A DNA stretch of 64,000 nt from Pseudomonadota bacterium (GTDB taxonomy: Bacteria > Campylobacterota > Campylobacteria > Campylobacterales > Sulfurimonadaceae), in the NCBI GenBank assembly GCA_043797085.1, contig JAZDQA010000013.1, forward strand, positions 64,001 to 128,000, read 5' to 3'. Positions 39,571 to 48,684 of this stretch are shown here, one piece after another. Below the pieces are notes generated by a model, which made no database searches, was not told where the DNA came from, and worked only from the letters and a program-made list of their open reading frames with translations. The first letter of the stretch is position 1, and every line of letters begins with the position of its first letter. The position numbers and the translations under genes were made by a program.

Positions 39571-40574
39571 TGAGAAGAATCACTCTCTTATCTCTTTTCC
39601 TAATAGCGTCACTGGGGGCTGACGAGCTCTCGTTTGGAGCAACACCAACAAGGGTCAAAGCTTCCACACCGCTGCAATCACTTCAAATTCACTCCTCAAA
39701 ATCATTCGAATCGGCAGTACACTCTCTCAAAAACATTCCCGAATATCATAAACAATACACCGGTATCTATCAAAGCGGAGATTACTACGCCACACGCTAT
39801 CAAAACAAAGCGTATCCTAAAATTCCGGCATGGATTATCAATGATTTTAAAAAAGCAAAATTCAACGACGCGCTTCTCCTCTATCCCGATCCTGCTAATA
39901 TGCCTATCAAAAATACAATTTTTAGCCAAAAGCCTCCTTCATCCCAACTACCGACACGCATATCATCGACCGGCATAAAGCCTCCATCGCTTCAAACTTC
40001 CACACCTCCCCTCAACCGGCACGACCAAACACGACTCATCATAGATGCCTCAAAAGCTCATCAACAACACGATTACACCCAAGCCACTATCTATTATGAA
40101 ATGATGGTAGCCTCCGGTATGAAAGATCGCCAAATCCTCATAAATCTAGCCTATCTCTACGGTCGTGAGGGTTCTTCCAGCCTGCTCGAAAAAAAAATCG
40201 AAGGAAAACGAGGGATAAATGATTATCTCTATGCGTATGGCGTAGGAGCACTCGAAGCCGGACGAAGTGATTTGTACAATACCCTCTCTGCGCATTTGAT
40301 CTACGACAAAAGCGGTAAACTTGCCATGCTCTGCGGTTACTTTTTCGAAAAAGAAAATGACCCAAAACGTGCATACGCTTTTTATAAAATGGCATACGAT
40401 ACCGCACCCAATGATCCCCATATCCTCTATGCCTACGCCCGAAATGCCGATATGCTAGGAGACAAAGAAAAAGCACTCTATCTCTATACTCAGCTCTCGC
40501 AGCTGGGTTCTAATTTCGAGCCCTTGCGAATCGCATCGCAATCACGTATCCAAATCCTAAGGAGCATCCAATGA
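39570..40574 (+). CDS. Exported TPR-repeat protein (MshN-like)
   Basis: Signal peptide, Pro/Ser linker, TPR-like helices (AYAFYKMAYDTAPNDPHILYAYA). Confidence 0.55.
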   Translation: MRRITLLSLFLIASLGADELSFGATPTRVKASTPLQSLQIHSSKSFESAVHSLKNIPEYHKQYTGIYQSGDYYATRYQNKAYPKIPAWIINDFKKAKFNDALLLYPDPANMPIKNTIFSQKPPSSQLPTRISSTGIKPPSLQTSTPPLNRHDQTRLIIDASKAHQQHDYTQATIYYEMMVASGMKDRQILINLAYLYGREGSSSLLEKKIEGKRGINDYLYAYGVGALEAGRSDLYNTLSAHLIYDKSGKLAMLCGYFFEKENDPKRAYAFYKMAYDTAPNDPHILYAYARNADMLGDKEKALYLYTQLSQLGSNFEPLRIASQSRIQILRSIQ

Positions 40575-41371
40575 AAAAAGGGTTTACACTTGTAGAGTTA
40601 TCCATTGTTATGGTTATTATTGGGCTTCTCATAGGGGGAAGCATGCAAGGATTACGAATGATGAGAGACCGTGCAAAAGTTCTTGAAACCAAACAGCAGC
40701 TTGATGCACTCAAAGAGGCAATTTACGGATATGCTTTAAACACCAATACTCTCCCAGCAACACTTGCAGACTTAAATTCCACTGCCCTTGAGCGAGATTC
40801 TTGGGGAAATACTATATTATATCGACCGGATGCAGCACTTCTCACCGACCCTTGCCGTCCAGCTTCTACTCTCTCCACCACATCAGGTGATTTTATTCAA
40901 ACCGATATTGCCTTCATCCTCGTTAGTCGTGGTAAAGATTACAGCATTGCCCATACTACCTTAGGATTAGATACCCCCTTATTTAATCAGAGAGATCACG
41001 ATAGCGATCCTGCAACATCTGAGTATGACGATCATTTTTTATCGATTACTCGCGCACAACTTCAAAGCAATATAAATTGCCAACAAAATGAATTACAAAT
41101 CCTAAATTCACGATTGCCAATAGCGACACAAGGGGTATCCTATTCAGGAACAATTGCTTCAAGCGGTGGTAATGGAACGTACGCATACACCTACAATGGA
41201 GCTGCTACAACCACGATTAATGGCGTTACTTTTACAAATATTGCAGGAAATGGTACCTATAATGGCTCTCCAATTATTGCCACATCATCTGTAATAGATA
41301 TAGTCGTCACTAGTGCAGGACAAACTCGAACACGTAGCTTTATTTTAACCGTTGATTCCAATGGTAGCTAA
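40571..41371 (+). CDS. Type IV pilin-like protein with C-terminal putative Ig domain
   Basis: KKG|FTLVE class III signal; D.WG motif; LPIATQGVSYSGTIASSGGNGTYAYT. Confidence 0.8.
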   Translation: MKKGFTLVELSIVMVIIGLLIGGSMQGLRMMRDRAKVLETKQQLDALKEAIYGYALNTNTLPATLADLNSTALERDSWGNTILYRPDAALLTDPCRPASTLSTTSGDFIQTDIAFILVSRGKDYSIAHTTLGLDTPLFNQRDHDSDPATSEYDDHFLSITRAQLQSNINCQQNELQILNSRLPIATQGVSYSGTIASSGGNGTYAYTYNGAATTTINGVTFTNIAGNGTYNGSPIIATSSVIDIVVTSAGQTRTRSFILTVDSNGS

Positions 41372-41383
41372 AAAGGAAAATCT

Positions 41384-43039
41384 ATGCACCCACCAAAACC
41401 CATAGGACAACTCCTCAAAGAACTCGGTTTCATCAGTGATGAGCAAATCGAAGTTGCACTGGATGTTCAAAAAGTTAATCCGAAATTCTTGGGGGAAATC
41501 CTCCAAGAACTCGATTTTATCACCGCCAATGAAATCGCTGAAGCTACCGCGATTCAAAACAATCTCGATTTCGTCGATCTCGACTCTATCACCCCAACTC
41601 TCGAAGCCTTGGCTCTCGTTCCTGAAAATATGGCTCAGGTACGCTTTATCCTCCCCCTCTACGTTGATGGAGATGTTCTCACTATCGCCACCCAAGACGT
41701 CAACGATCTTATGACCCTCGACTACTTGCGCAAAGAGACCCGAAAACAAATCCGTTTTGTCATCGCGGATAAAAGCAAAATTTCACGATACGCACAAATC
41801 TACTATCATCAACTCTCTAACCCCATCGAAGTTGAAATCCGTGCCTTGGCGAAAAGAGCAGCTGAACATTTCCCTATTGATATTGTTCGTTTGGTTGATT
41901 TGATTATTAACAACGCGATCAAAGACCGCACCACCGACATCCACATCACCCCTGAGGGGGCTGCTACTCACGTCTTTTATCGTATCGATGGAGTTATGCG
42001 TCACTATTATTCTATCCCTATCGACTTGCACGGACAAATCGTTGCGCGGATAAAAATCATCAGTGAACTCGATATCTCCGAACAGCGCAAACCTCAAGAC
42101 GGAGCGTTTACTTACGAATTTTTGCATGATAAATTCGACCTTCGTGTCTCTTCTATGCCCACCAATTTTGGTGAAAATATCGTTATGCGTCTGCTGGGGC
42201 GAAATAGCTCTATGTTTTCACTCGCTCATCTAGGATTTTCTCCTTCTAATATTTCTAAAATCGAACACTATTTCAGCAAACCTTATGGTGTTATCCTCGT
42301 AGTAGGTCCTACGGGAAGCGGTAAAACTACGACCCTGTATTCTGCATTGCGCAAAATCAATCCTCTCGAAAAAAATGTCCTAACCATCGAAGATCCTATC
42401 GAATACCGCTTTAGTTTTGTCAAACAAACTCAAGTCAATCGCAAAGCAGGATATATGTTTGATACTGCATTGCGCTCCTTTATGCGTCAAGACCCAGACG
42501 TTATGCTCGTAGGGGAAATCCGTGATGCCGAAACCGCCGAACTCGCTATCCGAGCCTCCATCACAGGTCACCTCGTCCTCTCAACGCTCCACACTAATGA
42601 TGCGGTAGGAACCATTCCCCGACTAGGTGATTTAGGTATCCCCCCTTATCTCATCGGGTCAGGATTGCTTGCCATTATCGCTCAACGCTTGGTGCGTAAA
42701 CTCTGCCCCTATTGCAAAGTCTCCAAAGAAATACTAGAAGAAGACCTACTGCGTCACGGTGTCCATCCTCTTCTTTTGCAAACCTACCCAACCCACCAAA
42801 TTTTTGAAGCCAAAGGGTGTGAACGGTGTCAAAACACAGGTTATTCAGGTCGTGTTGCCATTATCGAGATACTCGAAGTCAACGAAGAGATCGAATCGCT
42901 CATCGTAGAAGGAGCGACCTCACAAGCGATACAAAAAACCGCACGTGAAAATGGAATGCTGAGCTTACGCGATGACGGTCATATCAAAGTCCTTCAAGGA
43001 CACTCAACGTTTAGCGAAGTAGACAGGGTCGTACTCTAA
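41384..43039 (+). CDS. PilB/GspE/MshE assembly ATPase
   Basis: MshEN-like N-terminus, TDIHI, GPTGSGKTT, TIEDPIE, RQDPDVMLVGEIRD, STLHTN, CxxC..CxxC. Confidence 0.93.
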   Translation: MHPPKPIGQLLKELGFISDEQIEVALDVQKVNPKFLGEILQELDFITANEIAEATAIQNNLDFVDLDSITPTLEALALVPENMAQVRFILPLYVDGDVLTIATQDVNDLMTLDYLRKETRKQIRFVIADKSKISRYAQIYYHQLSNPIEVEIRALAKRAAEHFPIDIVRLVDLIINNAIKDRTTDIHITPEGAATHVFYRIDGVMRHYYSIPIDLHGQIVARIKIISELDISEQRKPQDGAFTYEFLHDKFDLRVSSMPTNFGENIVMRLLGRNSSMFSLAHLGFSPSNISKIEHYFSKPYGVILVVGPTGSGKTTTLYSALRKINPLEKNVLTIEDPIEYRFSFVKQTQVNRKAGYMFDTALRSFMRQDPDVMLVGEIRDAETAELAIRASITGHLVLSTLHTNDAVGTIPRLGDLGIPPYLIGSGLLAIIAQRLVRKLCPYCKVSKEILEEDLLRHGVHPLLLQTYPTHQIFEAKGCERCQNTGYSGRVAIIEILEVNEEIESLIVEGATSQAIQKTARENGMLSLRDDGHIKVLQGHSTFSEVDRVVL

Positions 43040-44253
43040 TGCTTTTTTTGGTAGAAAATATAGATAGTACACAACGCCGTTCCTACGGACTCTACGATGA
43101 GGAGAACATAAGCACGCTGCTCAAAAATCTCGCACGTCACCGTATTACCCCCCTCTCCATTCGTGAGTTACCTTCTTTTTTCGCACCTTTTTTACCAACA
43201 TCCAGAGTCAATGTTACTCCCGAAGAGGTTATCGAACTCATCGAAAGCCTCCATCTTGTTATCAAATCAGGACTTCCACTGCACAGTGGATTGATTGACC
43301 TTGCCGAAGATGCCGACAATCCAAAATTTAAGAAAATGCTCATCACGGTTGCCGAAGAAATCAATAGCGGAAAATCTCTCTCTGCAGCATTCAAACCCTA
43401 CGAAAAAGCACTCGGAGCAGTCATTATCAACCTCATCCATATTGGGGAAGAAACAGGACAGCTTCAAGTAACATTGGAGAGAGGAGCAGAATTTCTCAAA
43501 CGTACTCTTGCTCTAAAGAAAAAAGCTAAACAAGCCCTCATCTATCCGATGTTTTCTTTTGTCACTGTCACTGGAGCCATGCTTGTATGGATGATTTATG
43601 TATTACCTCAGATGACACAACTTTTCAAAGAAATGGATGTTGAACTTCCACCTATAACGCTCTTTGTCATAGCGCTTTCTGAATTTGTGACCAACTATAT
43701 TGGCTATATGATAGGATCATTTATCGCCGCTATTATCATTTTTAAAATACTTCATAAAAAATATCAAGAAGTTCGATTTCATACTGATCGATATATTCTT
43801 AAAATTCCCATTATCAAACACATTGTCTCAGGATTCAATATGGCATTTATCGCTGAATATCTCAGACTTGCTCTCGTCTCAGGAATACCTCTCTTTAATG
43901 CCCTAGACATTCTCAAAAACAACCTCCAAAATGAAGTCTTTCAAAAAGCTCTTATCTCTACACATAAAGATGTCTCACGAGGTCTTCAACTCTCCGAATC
44001 ATTCAAAAGCACAGGGCTTTTCAGCCCATTTATGCTGCGAATGATGGGAGTAGGCGAAGCATCAGGTAATCTTGATAGCCAGCTCGAACTCATTGCACAA
44101 TACTACAATGAAAAAGTAGACTACTACGCCGAAAACATCGGAAAAATAATTGAACCTGCCATGCTAATTCTTGTAGGCGGATTTATGGCACTGGTAATGG
44201 TAGGGCTTATGGGTCCACTGTATGATCTTATAGGACAAATGGGAGATAAATAA
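43039..44253 (+). CDS. PilC/GspF inner-membrane platform protein
   Basis: SGLPL, GEETGQL, ALIYP, GEASGNL, IIEP. Confidence 0.92.
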   Translation: MLFLVENIDSTQRRSYGLYDEENISTLLKNLARHRITPLSIRELPSFFAPFLPTSRVNVTPEEVIELIESLHLVIKSGLPLHSGLIDLAEDADNPKFKKMLITVAEEINSGKSLSAAFKPYEKALGAVIINLIHIGEETGQLQVTLERGAEFLKRTLALKKKAKQALIYPMFSFVTVTGAMLVWMIYVLPQMTQLFKEMDVELPPITLFVIALSEFVTNYIGYMIGSFIAAIIIFKILHKKYQEVRFHTDRYILKIPIIKHIVSGFNMAFIAEYLRLALVSGIPLFNALDILKNNLQNEVFQKALISTHKDVSRGLQLSESFKSTGLFSPFMLRMMGVGEASGNLDSQLELIAQYYNEKVDYYAENIGKIIEPAMLILVGGFMALVMVGLMGPLYDLIGQMGDK

Positions 44254-44324
44254 ATCATTTTTTCACAAATTTCTTTTTAAATTTGAAATAACTATAAAAT
44301 AACTGATATAATGGTTATGGACAA

Positions 44325-44333
44325 AATATAAGG
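44325..44333 (+). promoter_or_regulatory. Extended -10 sigma70 element before the pilin gene
   Basis: TGATATAAT motif upstream of the AAGGAG RBS of 44341 (position approximate, motif at about 44305-44313). Confidence 0.3.
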
Positions 44334-44340
44334 AGTCTTC

Positions 44341-44916
44341 ATGGCACAAAGAAAAGGTTTCACACTCGTAGAGCTTTCAATCGTTCTAGTAATTATTGGT
44401 CTATTGATTGGTGGTGTTTTAAAAGGTCAATCTATGATTGAGAATGCAAAGATTAAACGTTTTGTAAGTGATAGTGATTCACTTGTCGCTGCAACGTATA
44501 ATTATCAAGATCGTTTTAATGCACTTCCAGGGGATGATATTCTAGGTTCTACACGTGGTGCACAAGCAAATGGTAATGGTAATGGACAAATTACTGGAGG
44601 TACAGAGTCTGTAGACTTCTACCGAAGTCTAATTTCAACAGGCTTTATTCCTGGAAATGCTCTTGCAACAACTCAAGCTACCGTAGCACGTACAACACCA
44701 TTTGGTTCAGACTATACAGTAACATCAGTTGCGATGGGGGTACCTCACACTTCTGCAGAAAATGCAATAAGAACTACTGCTGCTATTGTTCCCGCAGATA
44801 TTGCTCGAGACATGGATGCAAAATACGATGATGGTGTATTTAATACAGGAGATTTTCAAGCAAACACTGTTTATACGAATGCCGCTCTTAAGCAAGTTAC
44901 ATGGTATAAATTCTAA
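44341..44916 (+). CDS. Type IV pilin (probable major subunit)
   Basis: RKG|FTLVELSIVLVIIGLLIGG; strong AAGGAG RBS; last gene of the locus. Confidence 0.85.
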   Translation: MAQRKGFTLVELSIVLVIIGLLIGGVLKGQSMIENAKIKRFVSDSDSLVAATYNYQDRFNALPGDDILGSTRGAQANGNGNGQITGGTESVDFYRSLISTGFIPGNALATTQATVARTTPFGSDYTVTSVAMGVPHTSAENAIRTTAAIVPADIARDMDAKYDDGVFNTGDFQANTVYTNAALKQVTWYKF

Positions 44917-44930
44917 AAAATTCTTTCCTT

Positions 44931-44984
44931 GTTCCCAAGCTCTAGCTTGGGAACCTCAAAGAGGTTCTCGTGCCCTATAGGGCA
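44931..44984. repeat. Three stacked palindromes between convergent pilin and murG
   Basis: GTTCCCAAGCT-CT-AGCTTGGGAAC; GAACCTC-AAA-GAGGTTC; TGCCCTATAGGGCA. Confidence 0.65.
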
Positions 44985-46009
44985 TGCAGGCACTGGCTTA
45001 AATTCTCTATCTTCTCAATAATCTTCTTCGCACCATCCGGCACAATCAACTTCCCTAAAGCTTCACTTTTTATTTGAATATCACTCATAATCGCTTCTTT
45101 AAGCTTTTCAACCATCCCCTCACCCTGACGCTCACACCATCCCGCATTATGGTCGATGACATAACGGGCATTATGGTACTGATGATCGGCAGCTGCGCTT
45201 GGGTACGGGATATAAAATGCAGGGACACGAGCAGCGCATAACTCCCACAACGTACTCGCACCCGAACGGCTGATTGCAAAATCACTACGTGCGATTAGCT
45301 CGGCGATGTTCGTAGTAAATCCATACACTTCTACATCAATGCTCAATGCATGATATGCATGACGGACTCGTTCTTCTTCTTTGGCACCGCATTGATGGAT
45401 TATGTGAATGCCTCGCTCGTCTAGCCATGGAGCAATTTCTAGTGCTAAATCATTAATAAACTTAGCCCCTTGAGAACCGCCCAAAAAAATGACTGTTTTT
45501 ACTTCATATCGAGTACGTGCATTTTGAAAATAAATTTCGCTTACAGGATAATCACAATGATTTTCAGCCTCTTCGTACGAGCTGTAAAAGCCTTTTGAGT
45601 AAGGTCGTAATAAACTGTTCAGCTTACCTGTCACGGCATTTTGCTCATGGATAGTTAGTGGGGTACGTAAACTCAAAGAGGCAATCGCAGCAGGAGCTGC
45701 CGAAAATCCACCGACACTGACTACGGCATCCGCGTTAAAGCCACGAATAATTTCACGTGATTTCAAGACGGCTTTAAAAATCTTCCACAAAGCGACAAGT
45801 TTCCCTAATCCTTTTTTATTAACCACCCCTGTAGTGTCTAAAAAGTGAGTCTCTTCAAATAAAGCACTATTTCCAAACCATTGACGGTCTTGCCCCGAAG
45901 TGGAGCCGATAAAAACAACTCGATGACCTCGTGCAAGTGCTGCTTGGGCTAATGAAAGAGCAATTACGAGATGACCGCCTGTACCGCCGCCGGTAAAAAT
46001 AATATTCAT
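44975..46009 (-). CDS. murG: Lipid II GlcNAc transferase
   Basis: TGGGTGGH, GGFSA, HEQN, GGSQGA, SRSGAST, HQYHNA. Confidence 0.95.
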   Translation of the reverse strand: MNIIFTGGGTGGHLVIALSLAQAALARGHRVVFIGSTSGQDRQWFGNSALFEETHFLDTTGVVNKKGLGKLVALWKIFKAVLKSREIIRGFNADAVVSVGGFSAAPAAIASLSLRTPLTIHEQNAVTGKLNSLLRPYSKGFYSSYEEAENHCDYPVSEIYFQNARTRYEVKTVIFLGGSQGAKFINDLALEIAPWLDERGIHIIHQCGAKEEERVRHAYHALSIDVEVYGFTTNIAELIARSDFAISRSGASTLWELCAARVPAFYIPYPSAAADHQYHNARYVIDHNAGWCERQGEGMVEKLKEAIMSDIQIKSEALGKLIVPDGAKKIIEKIENLSQCLHAL

Positions 46010-46026
46010 TAAAATCTCCTACTTTC

Positions 46027-46079
46027 GTCATCCTGAACTTGATTCAGTATCTTAGATTGCGGATCGAGTCCGCAATGAC
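46027..46079. repeat. REP-like palindrome doublet
   Basis: GTCAT-CCTGAA-CTTGA-TTCAGT-ATCT and an inverted unit GTCAT-TGCGGA-CTCGA-TCCGCA-ATCT. Confidence 0.75.
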
Positions 46080-46083
46080 ACTG

Positions 46084-47262
46084 CTATTTCTTATCCCCAG
46101 ACTCGTATTTAATCTTTTTAGACAACATCAATACCATCCCTATTCCCACCGAAGATGCCAACATTGACGAACCTCCATAACTCAAAAATGGAACCGAGAT
46201 ACCTTTGATCGGAGTAAGTCCGCTAATCCCGTATGCATTAATAATAAATGCAAACGTGATGAGCAATCCAACGCCCAAACTAAAAAGATAATAGGTATCA
46301 TCGGTTGAGCGATTGGCGATTTTAAACAGGCGATGCAAAATAGCAATGAATAAAAGAGTTACAAAAAGCACCCCGATAAAACCAAACTCTTCGGCAATAC
46401 CGGCAAGGACAAAATCGGTGTGAACTTCACTCAAAAATCCAAGTTTAAACGTACCGTTTCCCAAACCTGTTCCCCAAATTCCTCCGTTGTGAATCGCATT
46501 CATAGAGTGCCCGATTTGATAGGCTTCTTCTTGACTGGCAATACGTAAATGCTTTGCAATCGATTCAGGGAAAAAAGCCAAAATAGTACTTTGTGCCGAT
46601 GCCCACCATGACAAAATACGATCGATTCGATGGGGTGCCATAGCAATAAAGAGAAGGAAAAAACCAACTGCACTTGTGATAAGAGTAAGAAAAAAGCTAA
46701 AACTGCTCCCCGCAAAAAAGAGCATAAATGCCAATGTCAACGACAATACAACGACCTGACCTAAATCATTTTGAACCACAGCTATCAAAAACATAACAAG
46801 AACGAAGAGTGCGGCATAGGGCCAAAAGCGCTTAAACTCTTCTCTCACCCCCATGCCTCCATGGTGACCCAGCTTTCGCGAAAAACTCCATGCTAGAAAA
46901 TAAACAAAACCGATTTTAAAGAACTCTACCGGAGCTACCGAAAAACCTGCAATTTTTATCCACCGTTTCGCTCCGCCCACTTCACTGACCAAAAATGCGG
47001 GGAGAAACGGCATGACAAGCATTACAATGATGCTGCCCCAAAACAGAGTCAATCCCAACTTATGAAGCCATTTATCAGGGTTTTGCTGAGCAATCGTCCA
47101 CATCAATAAAATCGAAACAATCGCGATAAAAAGCTCACGCGCCACAAAGTGAAAATTGTTATATTCAAAAAAGATAACCGTATACGAAGAAAGGGTATAC
47201 GAGCATATAATACCTATCGTAATCAGTGCAGTCGTTAAAAGAAATAATTTTTTGTCAGGCAT
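46084..47262 (-). CDS. ftsW: SEDS peptidoglycan polymerase FtsW
   Basis: GAKRWI, PVEFFK, QNDLG, EVHTDF, EEFG, PFLSYGGSS; upstream of murG. Confidence 0.9.
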   Translation of the reverse strand: MPDKKLFLLTTALITIGIICSYTLSSYTVIFFEYNNFHFVARELFIAIVSILLMWTIAQQNPDKWLHKLGLTLFWGSIIVMLVMPFLPAFLVSEVGGAKRWIKIAGFSVAPVEFFKIGFVYFLAWSFSRKLGHHGGMGVREEFKRFWPYAALFVLVMFLIAVVQNDLGQVVVLSLTLAFMLFFAGSSFSFFLTLITSAVGFFLLFIAMAPHRIDRILSWWASAQSTILAFFPESIAKHLRIASQEEAYQIGHSMNAIHNGGIWGTGLGNGTFKLGFLSEVHTDFVLAGIAEEFGFIGVLFVTLLFIAILHRLFKIANRSTDDTYYLFSLGVGLLITFAFIINAYGISGLTPIKGISVPFLSYGGSSMLASSVGIGMVLMLSKKIKYESGDKK

Positions 47263-47339
47263 GATAAACTTTACTTGTAGTTTAGTATATAATTAGCCAT
47301 AAGTATATCGAAGTACGTTAAAGTGTCCATAAAATGAAA

Positions 47340-47357
47340 GCGGAATAGATTTTGCTT
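47340..47357 (+). promoter_or_regulatory. Sigma54 -24/-12 promoter for flgB
   Basis: GG-AATAGATTTT-GC (GG-N10-GC at 47342-47355); flgB is sigma54-dependent in Campylobacterota. Confidence 0.75.
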
Positions 47358-47413
47358 GATAATAAATAACGCTCTGACATTCTGAGATGATGAAACAACA
47401 AAGGAGGATAATT

Positions 47414-47845
47414 ATGGGATTGAATATTTCACGAGCGCATGAGCTGATGAAAGAAGCAATGGACTATCGTGCTGCGCGTCAAGACATGATTGCAAGCAAT
47501 ATCGCCAATGCAGATACCCCAAATTATCGTCCTCGTGATGTCCGTTTTGAAGAAGCATTGGCACAAAAAAGTGCCCAACTGTATGCAGACAAAAGCAATA
47601 CGCTTCAAATGACGCAAACATCAGGAAAACACTTAGGCGGTTTTAGCAGTGTAAGTGACACCAAAGCAACCACTTTTTTTCGTGATGGTCACATGGCTCG
47701 CAATGACGGGAACAGTGTTGATTTGGACGTAGAAAGTTCAGAGATGGCTAAAAATTCGACCATGTTTAATGCTCTTACTGCCGCCATCAAAAAAGACTCT
47801 ATGATTTTCAAAAGCGTTATTGACGCAAGTAGTAAAACCTCTTAA
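47414..47845 (+). CDS. flgB: Flagellar basal-body rod protein FlgB
   Basis: IASNIANADTPNYRPRD, DGNSVDLD; ATG 47414 after AGGAGG. Confidence 0.95.
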   Translation: MGLNISRAHELMKEAMDYRAARQDMIASNIANADTPNYRPRDVRFEEALAQKSAQLYADKSNTLQMTQTSGKHLGGFSSVSDTKATTFFRDGHMARNDGNSVDLDVESSEMAKNSTMFNALTAAIKKDSMIFKSVIDASSKTS

Positions 47846-47855
47846 AGGATAATCC

Positions 47856-48350
47856 ATGGCATTTTTAGACAGTTTTGATATTAGCGGTTACGGTTTATCC
47901 GCTCAACGTGTCCGTGTAAATGTTATAAGTTCCAATATTGCTAACGCCCAAACAACCCGAACCGATGAGGGTGGACCGTATCGTCGTCAAGAGGTTGTTT
48001 TTAAAGCGATTGATTTTAACAGTGTCTATAACCAGGCGTTAGAACGAAGTACTAATCAACTAGGCTATTCCGATCCTCTTAAAGAAGGATTGTCAGGGAT
48101 GAAACCTAGTCCTGCCATCATGAGTGTCGTTGTAGATAAACTGGTACGTGATGATAAAGCACCTAACATGAAATACGACCCGTCACATCCCGATGCCGAT
48201 GCCAAAGGTTATGTTGCCTACCCCAACATTAATCCTGTCGTCGAAATGGCCGATTTAGTAGAGGCAACTCGCTCTTATCAAGCTAACGTAGCCGCATTTG
48301 AAAGTGCAAAAAATATAGCCAGCGGTGCGATCAGCATCCTGCAATCATAA
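47856..48350 (+). CDS. flgC: Flagellar basal-body rod protein FlgC
   Basis: SNIANAQTTR, YDPSHPDA, YPNINPVVEMADL. Confidence 0.96.
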   Translation: MAFLDSFDISGYGLSAQRVRVNVISSNIANAQTTRTDEGGPYRRQEVVFKAIDFNSVYNQALERSTNQLGYSDPLKEGLSGMKPSPAIMSVVVDKLVRDDKAPNMKYDPSHPDADAKGYVAYPNINPVVEMADLVEATRSYQANVAAFESAKNIASGAISILQS

Positions 48351-48362
48351 GGATAAATTATA

Positions 48363-48665
48363 ATGGCTGATATTCAAGCGATTAAATCTCTCTCAACCTC
48401 CGATTTGCTCAGATCAAAGAGTATAGGAAACACTGAGAGCAGCAAAACCGACTTTGCCCAAGAGCTTCGCAATGCATTGGGTAATGTCAATGATATGCAA
48501 GTAGAGAGTGAACATGCTATGAGCGACATTGCCACAGGTTCAGTCAAAGACCTTCACCAAGCCGCTATCGCGATCGATAAAGCAGAAATCAGTATGAAAC
48601 TAATGCTCGAAGTACGTAATAAAGCACTCAATGCTTACAAAGAAATTACACGTACGCAAATGTAA
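48363..48665 (+). CDS. fliE: Flagellar hook-basal body protein FliE
   Basis: DLHQAAIA..KAE..EVRNKALNAYKEI. Confidence 0.93.
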   Translation: MADIQAIKSLSTSDLLRSKSIGNTESSKTDFAQELRNALGNVNDMQVESEHAMSDIATGSVKDLHQAAIAIDKAEISMKLMLEVRNKALNAYKEITRTQM

Positions 48666-48684
48666 TGCGGTCGTCTAATTATTA

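Noticed and set aside
40571..44420. Pilin cassette recombination between the two pilin 5' ends
   Set aside because: The proteins are similar but the DNA differs at most synonymous sites; no recombinase or silent cassettes are present.
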